Notes: generated by a model not told the origin, from the letters alone. DNA of 64,000 bases from Halorutilales archaeon Cl-col2-1 (GCA_041891055.1 CP169074.1:1824001-1888000), one strand, 5' to 3'; shown: positions 9,000 to 18,354, counted from the stretch's first letter. Numbers and translations: made by a program.

Positions 9000-9935
9000 T
9001 CAGTCAGTCTCAGACTCCTTTTCGATGTTCGAAGGCGACACACTAGTCCCTACTTTTCCGCCTTCGATAGCCGCCGAGAGACCCTCCGGGGTTGTTATCA
9101 CACCTTTCTCTCCGCCCTTCTCTACGAAGTCGGCACACGCTTCTACCTTGGGCATCATGCTTCCTTCTCCGAACTCCCTTTCTCGTATATGTCGTCTGGC
9201 TTCCTCGGGAGTCATCTCCTCTATACGTCTCTCGTCGTCGGTTCCGTATCCGAGATAGGCGTACTCGACGTCTGTGACCGACACGAATACCTCGGCGTCG
9301 AGACACGTAGCCATAAGACTCGACGTCTTGTCCTTGTCGACCACAGCCTCGACGCCTCTCAGACCTCCGTCCCTCACGACTGGTACTCCACCACCTCCAC
9401 AGCAGATGACGTGCGTGCCGGCTTCGACGGCTCTCGCAATCTCGTCTGACTCGACTATCTTGACCGGGTCGGGGGACGGAACCACCCTTCTGTAGGTTTC
9501 TCCCGTCTTCACGGTATCGAACTCCTTCTCACGTGCTTCTTCCTCGGTGTAATCTGGTCCCACGGGCTTCGTGGGGCTGTCGAAGGCGGTGTCGTCGGGA
9601 TCTACGACAGTCTGTGTGAGAAACGTCACGAACTCCGAGTCGGTCTCAACTGCGTTGTCGAGCTCCTGCTGAAGGAGGTAGCCTATCTGTGCCTGTGTCT
9701 CTGCCACCAACACGTCGAGGGGTATCCTGGGACTCTCAGACCCCTCCTGCTGGAGCATCAGTCTCCCCACCTGTGGACCGTTTCCGTGTGTCACTACGGC
9801 TCTGTGCCCTTCTTCTATCAGACTCGCTATCTCGGACGCAGTCTTCCTAATCTCCTCCCTCTGTTCCTCGACAGTCCCCTCCGCTCCTTTTCTGAGAACT
9901 GCGTTTCCACCTAGTCCTACTACGACTGTTTTCAT
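9000..9935 (-). CDS. arcC: carbamate kinase
   Basis: LGGNA, THGNGPQVG, RRVVPSP, GGGGVPV, EAVVDKD, GSMMPKV. Confidence 0.95.
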   Translation of the reverse strand: MKTVVVGLGGNAVLRKGAEGTVEEQREEIRKTASEIASLIEEGHRAVVTHGNGPQVGRLMLQQEGSESPRIPLDVLVAETQAQIGYLLQQELDNAVETDSEFVTFLTQTVVDPDDTAFDSPTKPVGPDYTEEEAREKEFDTVKTGETYRRVVPSPDPVKIVESDEIARAVEAGTHVICCGGGGVPVVRDGGLRGVEAVVDKDKTSSLMATCLDAEVFVSVTDVEYAYLGYGTDDERRIEEMTPEEARRHIREREFGEGSMMPKVEACADFVEKGGEKGVITTPEGLSAAIEGGKVGTSVSPSNIEKESETD

Positions 9936-9950
9936 ATAGCGTTATTTAAT

Positions 9951-10343
9951 TTAAACGACGGCTTTTACTGATGTCGACGAGACTTCTGCGGCTTTCTCGC
10001 CCTTCTCGGGGAACTCGACCCTGAACTCCCACGTCTCTCCCGCTTCGAGCGTAGACCTCGATGTCTCGGACTCCCCGAGCACAGTACCTCTGCTGTTGGT
10101 GAACTCGACTACGATACTCACGTCGTTGAGTCTACCCCCGCTCACGTTCTCGGCGACACCCGTGACTGCCATAGTCTCGTTGGGTGTTCCCTCGTTCTCG
10201 TGTACGTACTCTATGTCTCCGATGTCTATCCTCTTCTGACCTCCACCGCCCGAACTGCACCCCGCAACCGAGACTGTGGCTGATGTGGCTACTACTCCGA
10301 CGAAACGTCTTCTCGTTATATGTCGTGTCACTGTGTAACGCAC
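9951..10343 (-). CDS. Tat-exported FxLYD-like lipoprotein
   Basis: TRRRF twin-arginine, VAGC lipobox, Ig-like domain ..GETWEF. Confidence 0.75.
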   Translation of the reverse strand: MRYTVTRHITRRRFVGVVATSATVSVAGCSSGGGGQKRIDIGDIEYVHENEGTPNETMAVTGVAENVSGGRLNDVSIVVEFTNSRGTVLGESETSRSTLEAGETWEFRVEFPEKGEKAAEVSSTSVKAVV

Positions 10344-10502
10344 CGGTTTCCACCGCGGACTCTGAGGTTATATATCTAAGTCAGACGCGTGTCGTATCTC
10401 TGTGTTACCGAAGCCCGTTTCTATATAGCGACATAGGATTTAAACGAGCCACAGCCGTCGTCTTTCCGAACTCTCTATACGGTTCGACGAATAAATTCGG
10501 CT

Positions 10503-11372
10503 GTGGCTCGTAACATAGCACCCGTATTCACTCAGCTTGAGGACAAGGACATACGCGTTCTCAACGCAGTCGAGAGAGGCATGAAGTCCTCGGAGTGGGT
10601 TCCTGAGTCCGAGATCGCGGGTCTCGCGCGTCTTCCACCCGAGGAGACCGAGTACCGTATCAGCAGACTTGAGGACAGAGAGTTAATAACGGGTGAGACG
10701 GTTCAGTACAGGGGATACCAGCTTCTCTTCGCGGGATACGACGTACTCGCTCTCAACAGCTTCGTAAAAGCCGATCAGCTTACTGCGATGGGTGCGAAGG
10801 TCGGCGAGGGGAAGGAGAGCGTCGTCTACGAGTGCAAGAACGACGACACTAACCTCGTGGTCAAGCTCCACCGTGAGGGCTACTCGAGTTTCCGTGAGGT
10901 CGACCGTCACAGGGAGTACACAGCCGACAAACACCACGTAAGCTGGATGTACACCGCGAGGAAGGCAGCCGAGAAGGAGTACGACGCACTCGTCGACCTC
11001 CACCCCGATGTCTCTGTTCCTAAGCCAGTCGACCACAGCAGACACGCCGTTCTCCTCGAACGTATGGATGGCATCGAACTCAGGAGAGCCGACCTCGACA
11101 AGCCACGTGTCGTCTTCGACACCGTCGTAACAGAGCTGTCCAAGGCTTGGGAGAGAGGCTACGTACACGCAGACATAAGCGAGTACAATATCTTTGTCTC
11201 GGGGAGTCAGATATGGATCTTCGACTGGCCTCAGAGTGTCGAGACACAGCATCCACACGCCGAAGAGCTTCTGAGACGAGACCTCAACAACCTCGTAAGC
11301 TACTTCTCACGTACCTACCCGAAGACGGAGTTCCCTGCCGTCGAAGACGTTATAGAGACTGTACGTGGCTGA
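10503..11372 (+). CDS. rio2: RIO2 Ser/Thr kinase
   Basis: Winged-helix N-terminus, GEGKES, HADISEYNI, IFDWPQ. Confidence 0.93.
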   Translation: MARNIAPVFTQLEDKDIRVLNAVERGMKSSEWVPESEIAGLARLPPEETEYRISRLEDRELITGETVQYRGYQLLFAGYDVLALNSFVKADQLTAMGAKVGEGKESVVYECKNDDTNLVVKLHREGYSSFREVDRHREYTADKHHVSWMYTARKAAEKEYDALVDLHPDVSVPKPVDHSRHAVLLERMDGIELRRADLDKPRVVFDTVVTELSKAWERGYVHADISEYNIFVSGSQIWIFDWPQSVETQHPHAEELLRRDLNNLVSYFSRTYPKTEFPAVEDVIETVRG

Positions 11373-11914
11373 TACAGTTCGCGTTCCCCTCTAACTCCTT
11401 TCTGACCTCTAACCTTCTGACTCTGAACCTCTTTCTCCACCCATGTCTAAAACGTACTTTGTGCTGTTTAACTGTGATATCTAATATTAGGGGATTATCT
11501 TAGGACACTAAGTACTGGTTTAATCTAATTTCTAATATTAGACTGGGATTTGTGTCGGAGAACTTCTGAGATCCGCGACTCCTGGGGTCTCGTGAACCGA
11601 GGATTCACGACCAGGTACGTAGATCTTTGATTTGCTTTACCGTGAAGCCTCGGAAACACCCAACTTCGAGGTACTAATCCTCTGAATCTGCCCGGTCTCG
11701 GAAAACCCGTTTCCGACCCCTCTAATGTAGGGGGTTCGACGGTATTAGAGTAATAATCCGTATCTGTAGACTACTGTATCTCTGTCTCAAACTCTCTGAT
11801 ATACCCCTATACACGGCAGATAGACACTACATAAATCTTATTCCGCTATACAGTCACCCGGTATTTCCCAACTACTTACTGTATAGAGAAGATACGTGTA
11901 TACGGTGAAAACAG

Positions 11915-12082
11915 ATGGGATTTGGATCTTATGACGAGAGTGAACAGGAGAACCAGCAGGAAGATATTGAGACCGACGAGGATGAGATAATCACCACGGA
12001 GTCGTACGACGGCGAAGAGACCGTAGAGGCGGAGAGTGCCGACGAGCTCCTCGAAACCTACAAGCAGAACAAGGACGACTGA
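11915..12082 (+). CDS. small acidic protein, DUF5786-like (55 aa)
   Basis: Read by hand: MGFGSYDESEQENQ..., a start recognised from haloarchaeal small proteins. Confidence 0.8.
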   Translation: MGFGSYDESEQENQQEDIETDEDEIITTESYDGEETVEAESADELLETYKQNKDD

Positions 12083-12119
12083 GACTCTTTTTCTTCTGTC
12101 TTCTACCTAACGTCTGACA

Positions 12120-12147
12120 AAGATATATTAACTGCCTAATGTTAGAT
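12120..12147 (+). promoter_or_regulatory. dif-like / Xer-binding candidate overlapping the xerA operon promoter
   Basis: AAGATATATTA-ACTGCC-TAATGTTAGAT (11-6-11); right arm matches the E. coli XerD arm TTATGTTAAAT at 9/11. Confidence 0.35.
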
Positions 12148-12154
12148 ATGTCTG

Positions 12155-12616
12155 ATGTCAGACTCCTCGAAGTCGAACGAAAAGGACTGGGAGAACGGTC
12201 TCAAGAGTGAGCCCGTGACGACGTATGTGAGTTACGAGACGAAGGAGATCTGGAAACAACACGCCGAAAACCTCGATACCACACTCAGCCGGTTCGTCGA
12301 GATGATGGTAAACGCGGGAAGATCGATGTACGACGACACCGCTCCTGAGGGATACGAGGACTCGGATCTCGTCTCGGCGAACCGTGAGATTCAGGCTCTC
12401 AGAGACCGGATCGAGGAGATAGAGTCACATCCTGAGTCGGCTGATCCCATAGATGTCTATACGTCTCTCGGCGAGGGCTATGTCACCGTAGACGAGATAT
12501 CCGAGTCGATGGAGTACTCCGAGTCGGAGGTCTACGAGGCACTTCAAACTCTTCTCGACGAGGAGGTCGTCGAGTACGACCCCATGAGGAACGCATACAG
12601 GAGGACGGATGCGTAG
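12155..12616 (+). CDS. DUF5805-like protein (RHH + wHTH) upstream of xerA
   Basis: VTTYVS..K..W..HA...SRFV.MV.AGR; overlaps the integrase start. Confidence 0.8.
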   Translation: MSDSSKSNEKDWENGLKSEPVTTYVSYETKEIWKQHAENLDTTLSRFVEMMVNAGRSMYDDTAPEGYEDSDLVSANREIQALRDRIEEIESHPESADPIDVYTSLGEGYVTVDEISESMEYSESEVYEALQTLLDEEVVEYDPMRNAYRRTDA

Positions 12617-13721
12617 GATAGGTGCTCAAGACCCACTCGACGAGGTCGAGGATCTCGAAGATCACGACTTCATCTCTTACTTCATCGAGGACATGGAAGC
12701 GTATGGCAAATCTTCCTCAACGCTCTACGAGTACGAACGTGTTCTGCGTGACTTCGACGACTTCACTGACACCCACCACGCGCGCGCCTCGAGACGTGAC
12801 TGCATGGGCTATATCTCCGACCTCCGTAGTCGGGGACTCTCAGCGTCGACGGTCTCGACCTATGCCTCCTATCTCCACAGATTCTACTCGTACCTCGTCA
12901 AGGCGGACGAGTTCCCCCACTCTAACAACCCGATGGCTCTCGTCACTGAGGAGATGAGCGAGGGAATAGACAAGAATCCCCAGAGACGTGAACTCTCGGT
13001 CACCGACGTCACTGAGTTCCTCAAGACTGTGAATCACCCGAGGGACAGATGTATACTCGTCACCCTCTTCAAGACGGGGATGCGCGCGGGTGAGCTTTCG
13101 AACCTCAAACTCGAAGACATCTCACTGACTACTGACCTCGACGATGAGTTCGGTCTCGGTGGAAACGCGCGTCTGAGTCGGAACTCACTCCTCGTCGTTA
13201 GCGACAGAGACGGAAACAAACGTCTGCGTGACACTCTGATCCCCATCGACGACGAGCTCAGGAAAGAGCTCGTGAGATGGCTGCGTGTGCGTCCCGAGAA
13301 TGGTAGTTCTCGTGGGCGCGTGAATCAGAAGATTCACGAACGTCTCGAAGCGGAAGCTTCGATGGCTCGGAAATCAGAGATTTCCGAACGTCCCGAGACT
13401 GACTCGGACGCCGTCTTCGTCTCTCTCAGCAGAGCGTCCGAGACGGGAAGTCTCAGCCCTGAGGCGGTCTCTTCCCTGATGAGGAAGTACACTCAGCCTT
13501 ACGGCTGGTGGGAGGAGGGAAGAGGTCTTGAGGAAAACGTCACCCCGCATTACTGCCGCCATTTCTTCACGACCCATCTCAGAGAGGCTTCGGGAGACGA
13601 CGCCCTCGTCAAGTACCTAAGAGGCGATGTCGGCGGAGACGTGATCGAGACCTACACCCATCAGTGGGGTGACAACGTCCGTGAGAGCTATGAGAAGTAC
13701 ATATACCGTCTCGTTTCCTGA
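12609..13721 (+). CDS. xerA: tyrosine recombinase XerA-like, with a 33-aa in-frame repeat insertion
   Basis: TGMRAGE, GNKR, PHYCRH, RGD, catalytic Y in ETYTH. Confidence 0.9.
   Translation: MRRIGAQDPLDEVEDLEDHDFISYFIEDMEAYGKSSSTLYEYERVLRDFDDFTDTHHARASRRDCMGYISDLRSRGLSASTVSTYASYLHRFYSYLVKADEFPHSNNPMALVTEEMSEGIDKNPQRRELSVTDVTEFLKTVNHPRDRCILVTLFKTGMRAGELSNLKLEDISLTTDLDDEFGLGGNARLSRNSLLVVSDRDGNKRLRDTLIPIDDELRKELVRWLRVRPENGSSRGRVNQKIHERLEAEASMARKSEISERPETDSDAVFVSLSRASETGSLSPEAVSSLMRKYTQPYGWWEEGRGLEENVTPHYCRHFFTTHLREASGDDALVKYLRGDVGGDVIETYTHQWGDNVRESYEKYIYRLVS
13292..13390 (+). repeat. two tandem double-hairpin units (51+48 nt) in frame in xerA
   Basis: CGAGAA/TTCTCG, CGTGAATC/GATTCACG, TCGAAGC/GCTTCGA, TCGGAAATC-AGA-GATTTCCGA; CGTCCCGAGA at 13290 and 13389. 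Confidence 0.9.
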
Positions 13722-13742
13722 GGTATATGTCCCTCATAAACT

Positions 13743-14075
13743 CTATTTCGCTATACTGAACACGGTGACTGTGACGAGACAGACGACGTATCCCACGACG
13801 AAGCCGACGGCAGCCGGTACCAGAGACCCCGAGAGACTGAGAGAGAGTCCTGAGAAGAGACGTCTCAGACCCACGAGAATCCAGACGACCTCGAAGACGA
13901 CACCGATTCCGACGAGGGCTACGACTCCGTAGACGGCGTATCTCACGAGACGGAGGACTTTCTTTATGTCTTGGTACTCCTCCGAGACTTCCTCCAGAGA
14001 TCCGAGTAAGTGTTCTGTGATGATGAGGGCGAGCCTGTACACAGTCGACCGCGAGCCTGAGCCGTCTTGGGTCAT
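13743..14075 (-). CDS. hypothetical membrane protein
   Basis: 110-aa ORF with two hydrophobic segments filling the gap. Confidence 0.55.
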   Translation of the reverse strand: MTQDGSGSRSTVYRLALIITEHLLGSLEEVSEEYQDIKKVLRLVRYAVYGVVALVGIGVVFEVVWILVGLRRLFSGLSLSLSGSLVPAAVGFVVGYVVCLVTVTVFSIAK

Positions 14076-14153
14076 GGTTCCGGTGTATAAAGACTCGGGT
14101 GACTTCTACCTTTCGTCCGTATATTTATGTTCTGCCGACACGAGTTACAGCCG

Positions 14154-16319
14154 ATGGGTAATCTCTCGAAGCTCTTCTCGCCTTCACGTGTCGCAGTAAT
14201 TGGAGCGACCGATAGGGAGGGGTCTGTCGGACGTGTGGTGACACAGAACCTCGTCTCGGGGTTCGAGGGAGAGGTGATCGCTGTCAATCCCAACAGGGAC
14301 GAGGTTCTCGGACTTCCGACTTACACCGACGTCGGCTCCGTTCCGGGTGAGATAGACCTGGGCGTCGTAATAGTGCCGGCTCCCGTGGTTCTGGAGGTTC
14401 TCGAAGAGATGGGGAAAGCTGGCGTCACGAACGCCGTCGTCATAACCGCGGGGTTCTCGGAGGCGGGCGACGAGGGGAAGGCGAGAGAGGAGAGGCTGAA
14501 GGAGATCGCCGACGAGTACGGAATCAGCCTCGTAGGTCCCAACTGTATAGGAATAGTAAGTAGTGATTCGGGTCTCAACACGACCTTCACGACCGTGAAA
14601 TACTCGAAGGGAGCCACGTCTTTCATGAGCCAGTCGGGGGCTCTCATAGGTGCAGTCCTCGAATGGGCACCCTCTCACAACATGGGTTTCAACCAAGTCG
14701 TCTCTCTCGGCAACAAGGCTGTACTCGACGAGACCGACTTCATCGAGGACTGGAGTGACGACCCCGACACCGACGTAGTGATGGCATATCTCGAAAGCAT
14801 TGAGGACGGGAGACGTTTCATCAAGAAGACACGTGAGGCTGTGACTGAGACTCCCGTAGTCGCTCTCAAGGCGGGTAGGTCCGAGAAAGGATCGAGGGCG
14901 GCGTCTTCACACACGGGGGCTCTCGCTGGGAGCGACGAGGCGTACGACTCCGCCTTCAGACAGTCAGGCGTCATAAGAGCTGAGACACTTCTCGAACTCT
15001 TCGACTACAGTGACACGCTCGCTGATCAGCCGGTTCCCGAGAAGGACGGCTTAGCAGTGGTCACCAACGGTGGAGGACCCGGGGTCATAGCTACCGACGC
15101 GGTCAGTGACTCGATCGTCTCGTTCGCGGATCTGAGCCACGAGACCGTCGACTACCTCGAAGACCGTCTCCCCGAATCGGCTGTCGTTGAGAATCCTCTC
15201 GACATAATAGGAGACGCAGACGTCGACAGGCTGTCTGACTCACTCGATGCAGTTCTTGGAGATCCTGACGTCGGCGGTGCTCTCGTCATAGTCACTCCGA
15301 ACGGAGTCCTCGACTACAGAGAAGCCGTCGATCCGATAGAGGAAATCCAGAGACGTCACTCGAAGCCCGTAGTGACTTGTATGATGGGCTCCAACGACGA
15401 GACGAGCCAGAGGCTGAGTCAAGCAAACCTACCCGACTTCTTCGATCCTGAGAGGGCGGTCGGGAGCTACGAGGCTCTTGAGAGGTACAGACGTATAAGA
15501 CAGAGATCCCGGGAAGAGAGACACGTCACGGAGTTCGACGTCGACGAGGGGAGGGCACGCGGGATAATCCGAGAAGCCGTCGAAGAGGGTCGTAACCGTC
15601 TCGGCGTCGAGTCGATGGAGATACTCGATGCCTACGGGATACCCACTCCCGACGGCACTGTCGTCGAGACAGCCGACGAAGCCGACGAGGCGGCACGCAG
15701 TATCGACTCCGAAACCGGTACTGTCGTCCTCAAGATAGTCAGCCCCGACATAAGCCACAAGACAGACGTCGGCGGTGTCAGAACGCGTGTCTCCCCAGAC
15801 GACGTCAGAGACGTCTTCTCGGAGATGGTCGAGGAGGTTCGAGACAGACGTCCCGAAGCCGAGATAGAAGGTATTCTCGTACAGGAATCTGTCGACGTCT
15901 CGAAGGGCGAGGAGGTCATAGTCGGTGCGAGAAGCGATCCTCAGTTCGGTCATCTCCTCGTGTTCGGTCTCGGAGGTGTATTCGTCGAGGTCTTCAAGGA
16001 CGTCTCTTTCCGTGTCCCACCTGTCACTCAGCGAGAGGCGGAGGAGATGACCCGCGAGATAGAGTCGGCACCTCTCCTCCGAGGTGCGAGAGGACGTGAC
16101 CCCCTCGATACCGACGGTGTCACTGAAGTCATACAGAGGCTGTCGCAGATGGTGACCGAGATAGATGCGATCGAAGAAGTCGAGGCTAATCCTGTCTTCG
16201 TGGGAACTGGCGGCGTTCAGAAATCTTCTATTTCTGATTCTGAGGACGTCAACCGAAGATTGACGGATGTCGTTGCGCTTGACTTCCGTATGACGGTCGA
16301 CGAGAGCCGGGTCGGTTAA
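14154..16319 (+). CDS. acdAB: ADP-forming acyl-CoA synthetase (fused alpha/beta)
   Basis: VAVIGA, GPNCIG, SQSGA, SHTGALAG, NPLDIIGDA, HKTDVGGV, EANP. Confidence 0.92.
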   Translation: MGNLSKLFSPSRVAVIGATDREGSVGRVVTQNLVSGFEGEVIAVNPNRDEVLGLPTYTDVGSVPGEIDLGVVIVPAPVVLEVLEEMGKAGVTNAVVITAGFSEAGDEGKAREERLKEIADEYGISLVGPNCIGIVSSDSGLNTTFTTVKYSKGATSFMSQSGALIGAVLEWAPSHNMGFNQVVSLGNKAVLDETDFIEDWSDDPDTDVVMAYLESIEDGRRFIKKTREAVTETPVVALKAGRSEKGSRAASSHTGALAGSDEAYDSAFRQSGVIRAETLLELFDYSDTLADQPVPEKDGLAVVTNGGGPGVIATDAVSDSIVSFADLSHETVDYLEDRLPESAVVENPLDIIGDADVDRLSDSLDAVLGDPDVGGALVIVTPNGVLDYREAVDPIEEIQRRHSKPVVTCMMGSNDETSQRLSQANLPDFFDPERAVGSYEALERYRRIRQRSREERHVTEFDVDEGRARGIIREAVEEGRNRLGVESMEILDAYGIPTPDGTVVETADEADEAARSIDSETGTVVLKIVSPDISHKTDVGGVRTRVSPDDVRDVFSEMVEEVRDRRPEAEIEGILVQESVDVSKGEEVIVGARSDPQFGHLLVFGLGGVFVEVFKDVSFRVPPVTQREAEEMTREIESAPLLRGARGRDPLDTDGVTEVIQRLSQMVTEIDAIEEVEANPVFVGTGGVQKSSISDSEDVNRRLTDVVALDFRMTVDESRVG
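16216..16269 (+). repeat. double-hairpin unit (54 nt) in frame in acdAB
   Basis: TCAGAAAT/ATTTCTGA plus CGTCAACC-GAA-GATTGACG; removal restores NPVFVGTGGVVALD. Confidence 0.85.
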
Positions 16320-16324
16320 GATAT

Positions 16325-18061
16325 TTAGTCCTTAGACGACGGTACTGGTGTCAGAGGTTTGTTTTTCCCGTCCCTGAGGCGCACCGTGACAACGGTTCCT
16401 CGCGGCTCCCTGTCTTCGAACTCCAGGTCTCCACCTGATCTCTTGACTATCCAGTGGACGAGCCAGAGTCCGAGACCGCTTCCGTGGTATAAGGGCTCTA
16501 TCTCCCGTTCGTCGCCGAGAACCCCGATGTCCGAATCGGGTATCCTTGATCCGTTGTCCGAGACTCTTATCTCGACCGAGGTGTCGGATTTCTCGACCTC
16601 GACAGACACACGTGGCGTCTCCGTGTCGTTGTGCTCGACAGCGTTGTTGACTAACTCGTCTACTGCACGCGGTATCTGAGGGACTACGTAGGCTGTCGTC
16701 TCTGAGTCTGGGGTGTGAACCTCTATCTCAGCTTCGGGGTATCTCTCCTCATACTCCGAGAGTCTCCTCTCGACTGTCTCGGCGATGTCGACCTCCTCGG
16801 GCGGCGACCTGTCGGAGATTATCTCGACTAACTCGCGTTCCTTGTCAGTGGTGTCGAGCAGACGGTTGCCGACCTCACGTATCTTCTCGGCATATCTTCT
16901 CTCGTCGTCTGTCAGGGACTCCGACTCAGAAAGTTCCTCCGAGTAGCCGAGTATTATGTTCATCTTGTTATGCATGTTGTGGCGGAGGACACGGTCGAAG
17001 ACCTCGAGGTGCTTCTGTCTCTCCTTGAGTTCGCTGTTGAGGACTCGAAGCTCCTTCTCTCTCTTAATACGGTCGAGTGTCGCCTTTGCGTTTCTCGCGA
17101 GTGTCTCGACGAAACGCACGTCTGAGTCGTCGAAAGCTGCCTTGTGTGTCTCACCGACGCTCACGGTTCCGTACCCCTCTATCGGGACGTACATCACCGA
17201 TCTAACGTCTTTCCTGTCGTACTCCGTCTCGACTTCACGTATGTCGTCGAAGACGTATGTCTCCGACTCCCTGTACGCTTTCCCAGCAAGGCTGTCGTGT
17301 ACAGGATACGTCGGCGTTCCGCCTCTGACTTCCTCCGTCTCTGACGTTGACGACACAATAACGAGCTCTTCACTGTCGTCGTCTGTGAAACGCACTCCGT
17401 TTGCGGGGAACCCGAGTACATTCTTCGTCGCCTTGACGATTCTCTGAGCCACCTCGTCGGCGTCGTCGGCGTCTATTAGCTCACGTGTCGTCTCGTGTAG
17501 GCTAGTGAGTATCTCTTCGCTCCTCTGTAGTCTCTCGACGTTCTTCCTCTGGTCTATGGCAAGCTTGAGAAGAGACGCGACTGTCTTTCCTGCGTTTACG
17601 GCGTGGTCGTCGTACTCAGTCTCCTCGCTCGACTCGGGTGCTCCTGTTCCTATGAGTCCGTGCTCACCCACGGGAATCATTATCCCAGACCCCACCGGGA
17701 GTTCGGGATGAACTTCGCTGACATCGTAGATGCTTATGCCGTCACTCTCGAACTGATCCCATTCCAGGTCGTGTCTTCTAATCTCCGTAGGAGCGAACTC
17801 GTCTGCCGACTCGGTTGCTTTTACGAGATTCAGACGTTCTTCCTCCTCATCACGTATCCAGCAAGCCCCGAACGGCAGATCGACTATGTCTGTGAGAGAA
17901 TCCACGGCGATCTCACACAGCCTGTCGATATCTTTCACCCTGTCGTCCTGGAGCCTCCGCGCTGCCTCGTAGACAGACCTGACGGTCTTACCCGGGTCTG
18001 CGTCGAAGTCTGTGCCGGAGTCAGAGCCTGAGGACTGTCCCTCCGAGCCTTTATCCCTCAT
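16325..18061 (-). CDS. GAF-domain sensor histidine kinase
   Basis: Two GAF-like regions, LRHNMHN H-box, ELVNNAVEH, DNG, GSGLGLW. Confidence 0.9.
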   Translation of the reverse strand: MRDKGSEGQSSGSDSGTDFDADPGKTVRSVYEAARRLQDDRVKDIDRLCEIAVDSLTDIVDLPFGACWIRDEEEERLNLVKATESADEFAPTEIRRHDLEWDQFESDGISIYDVSEVHPELPVGSGIMIPVGEHGLIGTGAPESSEETEYDDHAVNAGKTVASLLKLAIDQRKNVERLQRSEEILTSLHETTRELIDADDADEVAQRIVKATKNVLGFPANGVRFTDDDSEELVIVSSTSETEEVRGGTPTYPVHDSLAGKAYRESETYVFDDIREVETEYDRKDVRSVMYVPIEGYGTVSVGETHKAAFDDSDVRFVETLARNAKATLDRIKREKELRVLNSELKERQKHLEVFDRVLRHNMHNKMNIILGYSEELSESESLTDDERRYAEKIREVGNRLLDTTDKERELVEIISDRSPPEEVDIAETVERRLSEYEERYPEAEIEVHTPDSETTAYVVPQIPRAVDELVNNAVEHNDTETPRVSVEVEKSDTSVEIRVSDNGSRIPDSDIGVLGDEREIEPLYHGSGLGLWLVHWIVKRSGGDLEFEDREPRGTVVTVRLRDGKNKPLTPVPSSKD

Positions 18062-18127
18062 ATGACACCGTTCCTACAACCCTACACGACTGAGGATAAT
18101 AGATTTTTGGGAGGTTTATAAGGAGCC

Positions 18128-18310
18128 TCAGGCAATCTCGCCGAAGGAGCCGAAGTACCTGTCGAGTGCTGCCTCAACTGCTTCGTCTTCGTCGTCGAAC
18201 TCGTCGAGTGCCTCACTCAGAAGCTCCAGGAAGTAGGAGTCGTTGACGAGACGGCTCGCGTTACGTCTCGTGAGTCTGCGTCCGTCGTCGGAATCTGTGT
18301 TCTTCCTCAT
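18128..18310 (-). CDS. small hypothetical protein
   Basis: 60-aa acidic ORF co-oriented with neighbours. Confidence 0.5.
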   Translation of the reverse strand: MRKNTDSDDGRRLTRRNASRLVNDSYFLELLSEALDEFDDEDEAVEAALDRYFGSFGEIA

Positions 18311-18354
18311 CCTCTGCGCCCTAAGTCTTCCTCGTTGAAGAAACTGTCTGTGGT

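Noticed and set aside
11373-11914. Replication origin
   Set aside because: No convincing ORB (TTCCA..GAAAC plus G-string) and no adjacent orc1/cdc6.
12155-13721. Provirus or integrative element around the integrase
   Set aside because: The DUF5805-xerA pair looks like the chromosomal haloarchaeal locus; there is no tRNA att site and no viral genes.
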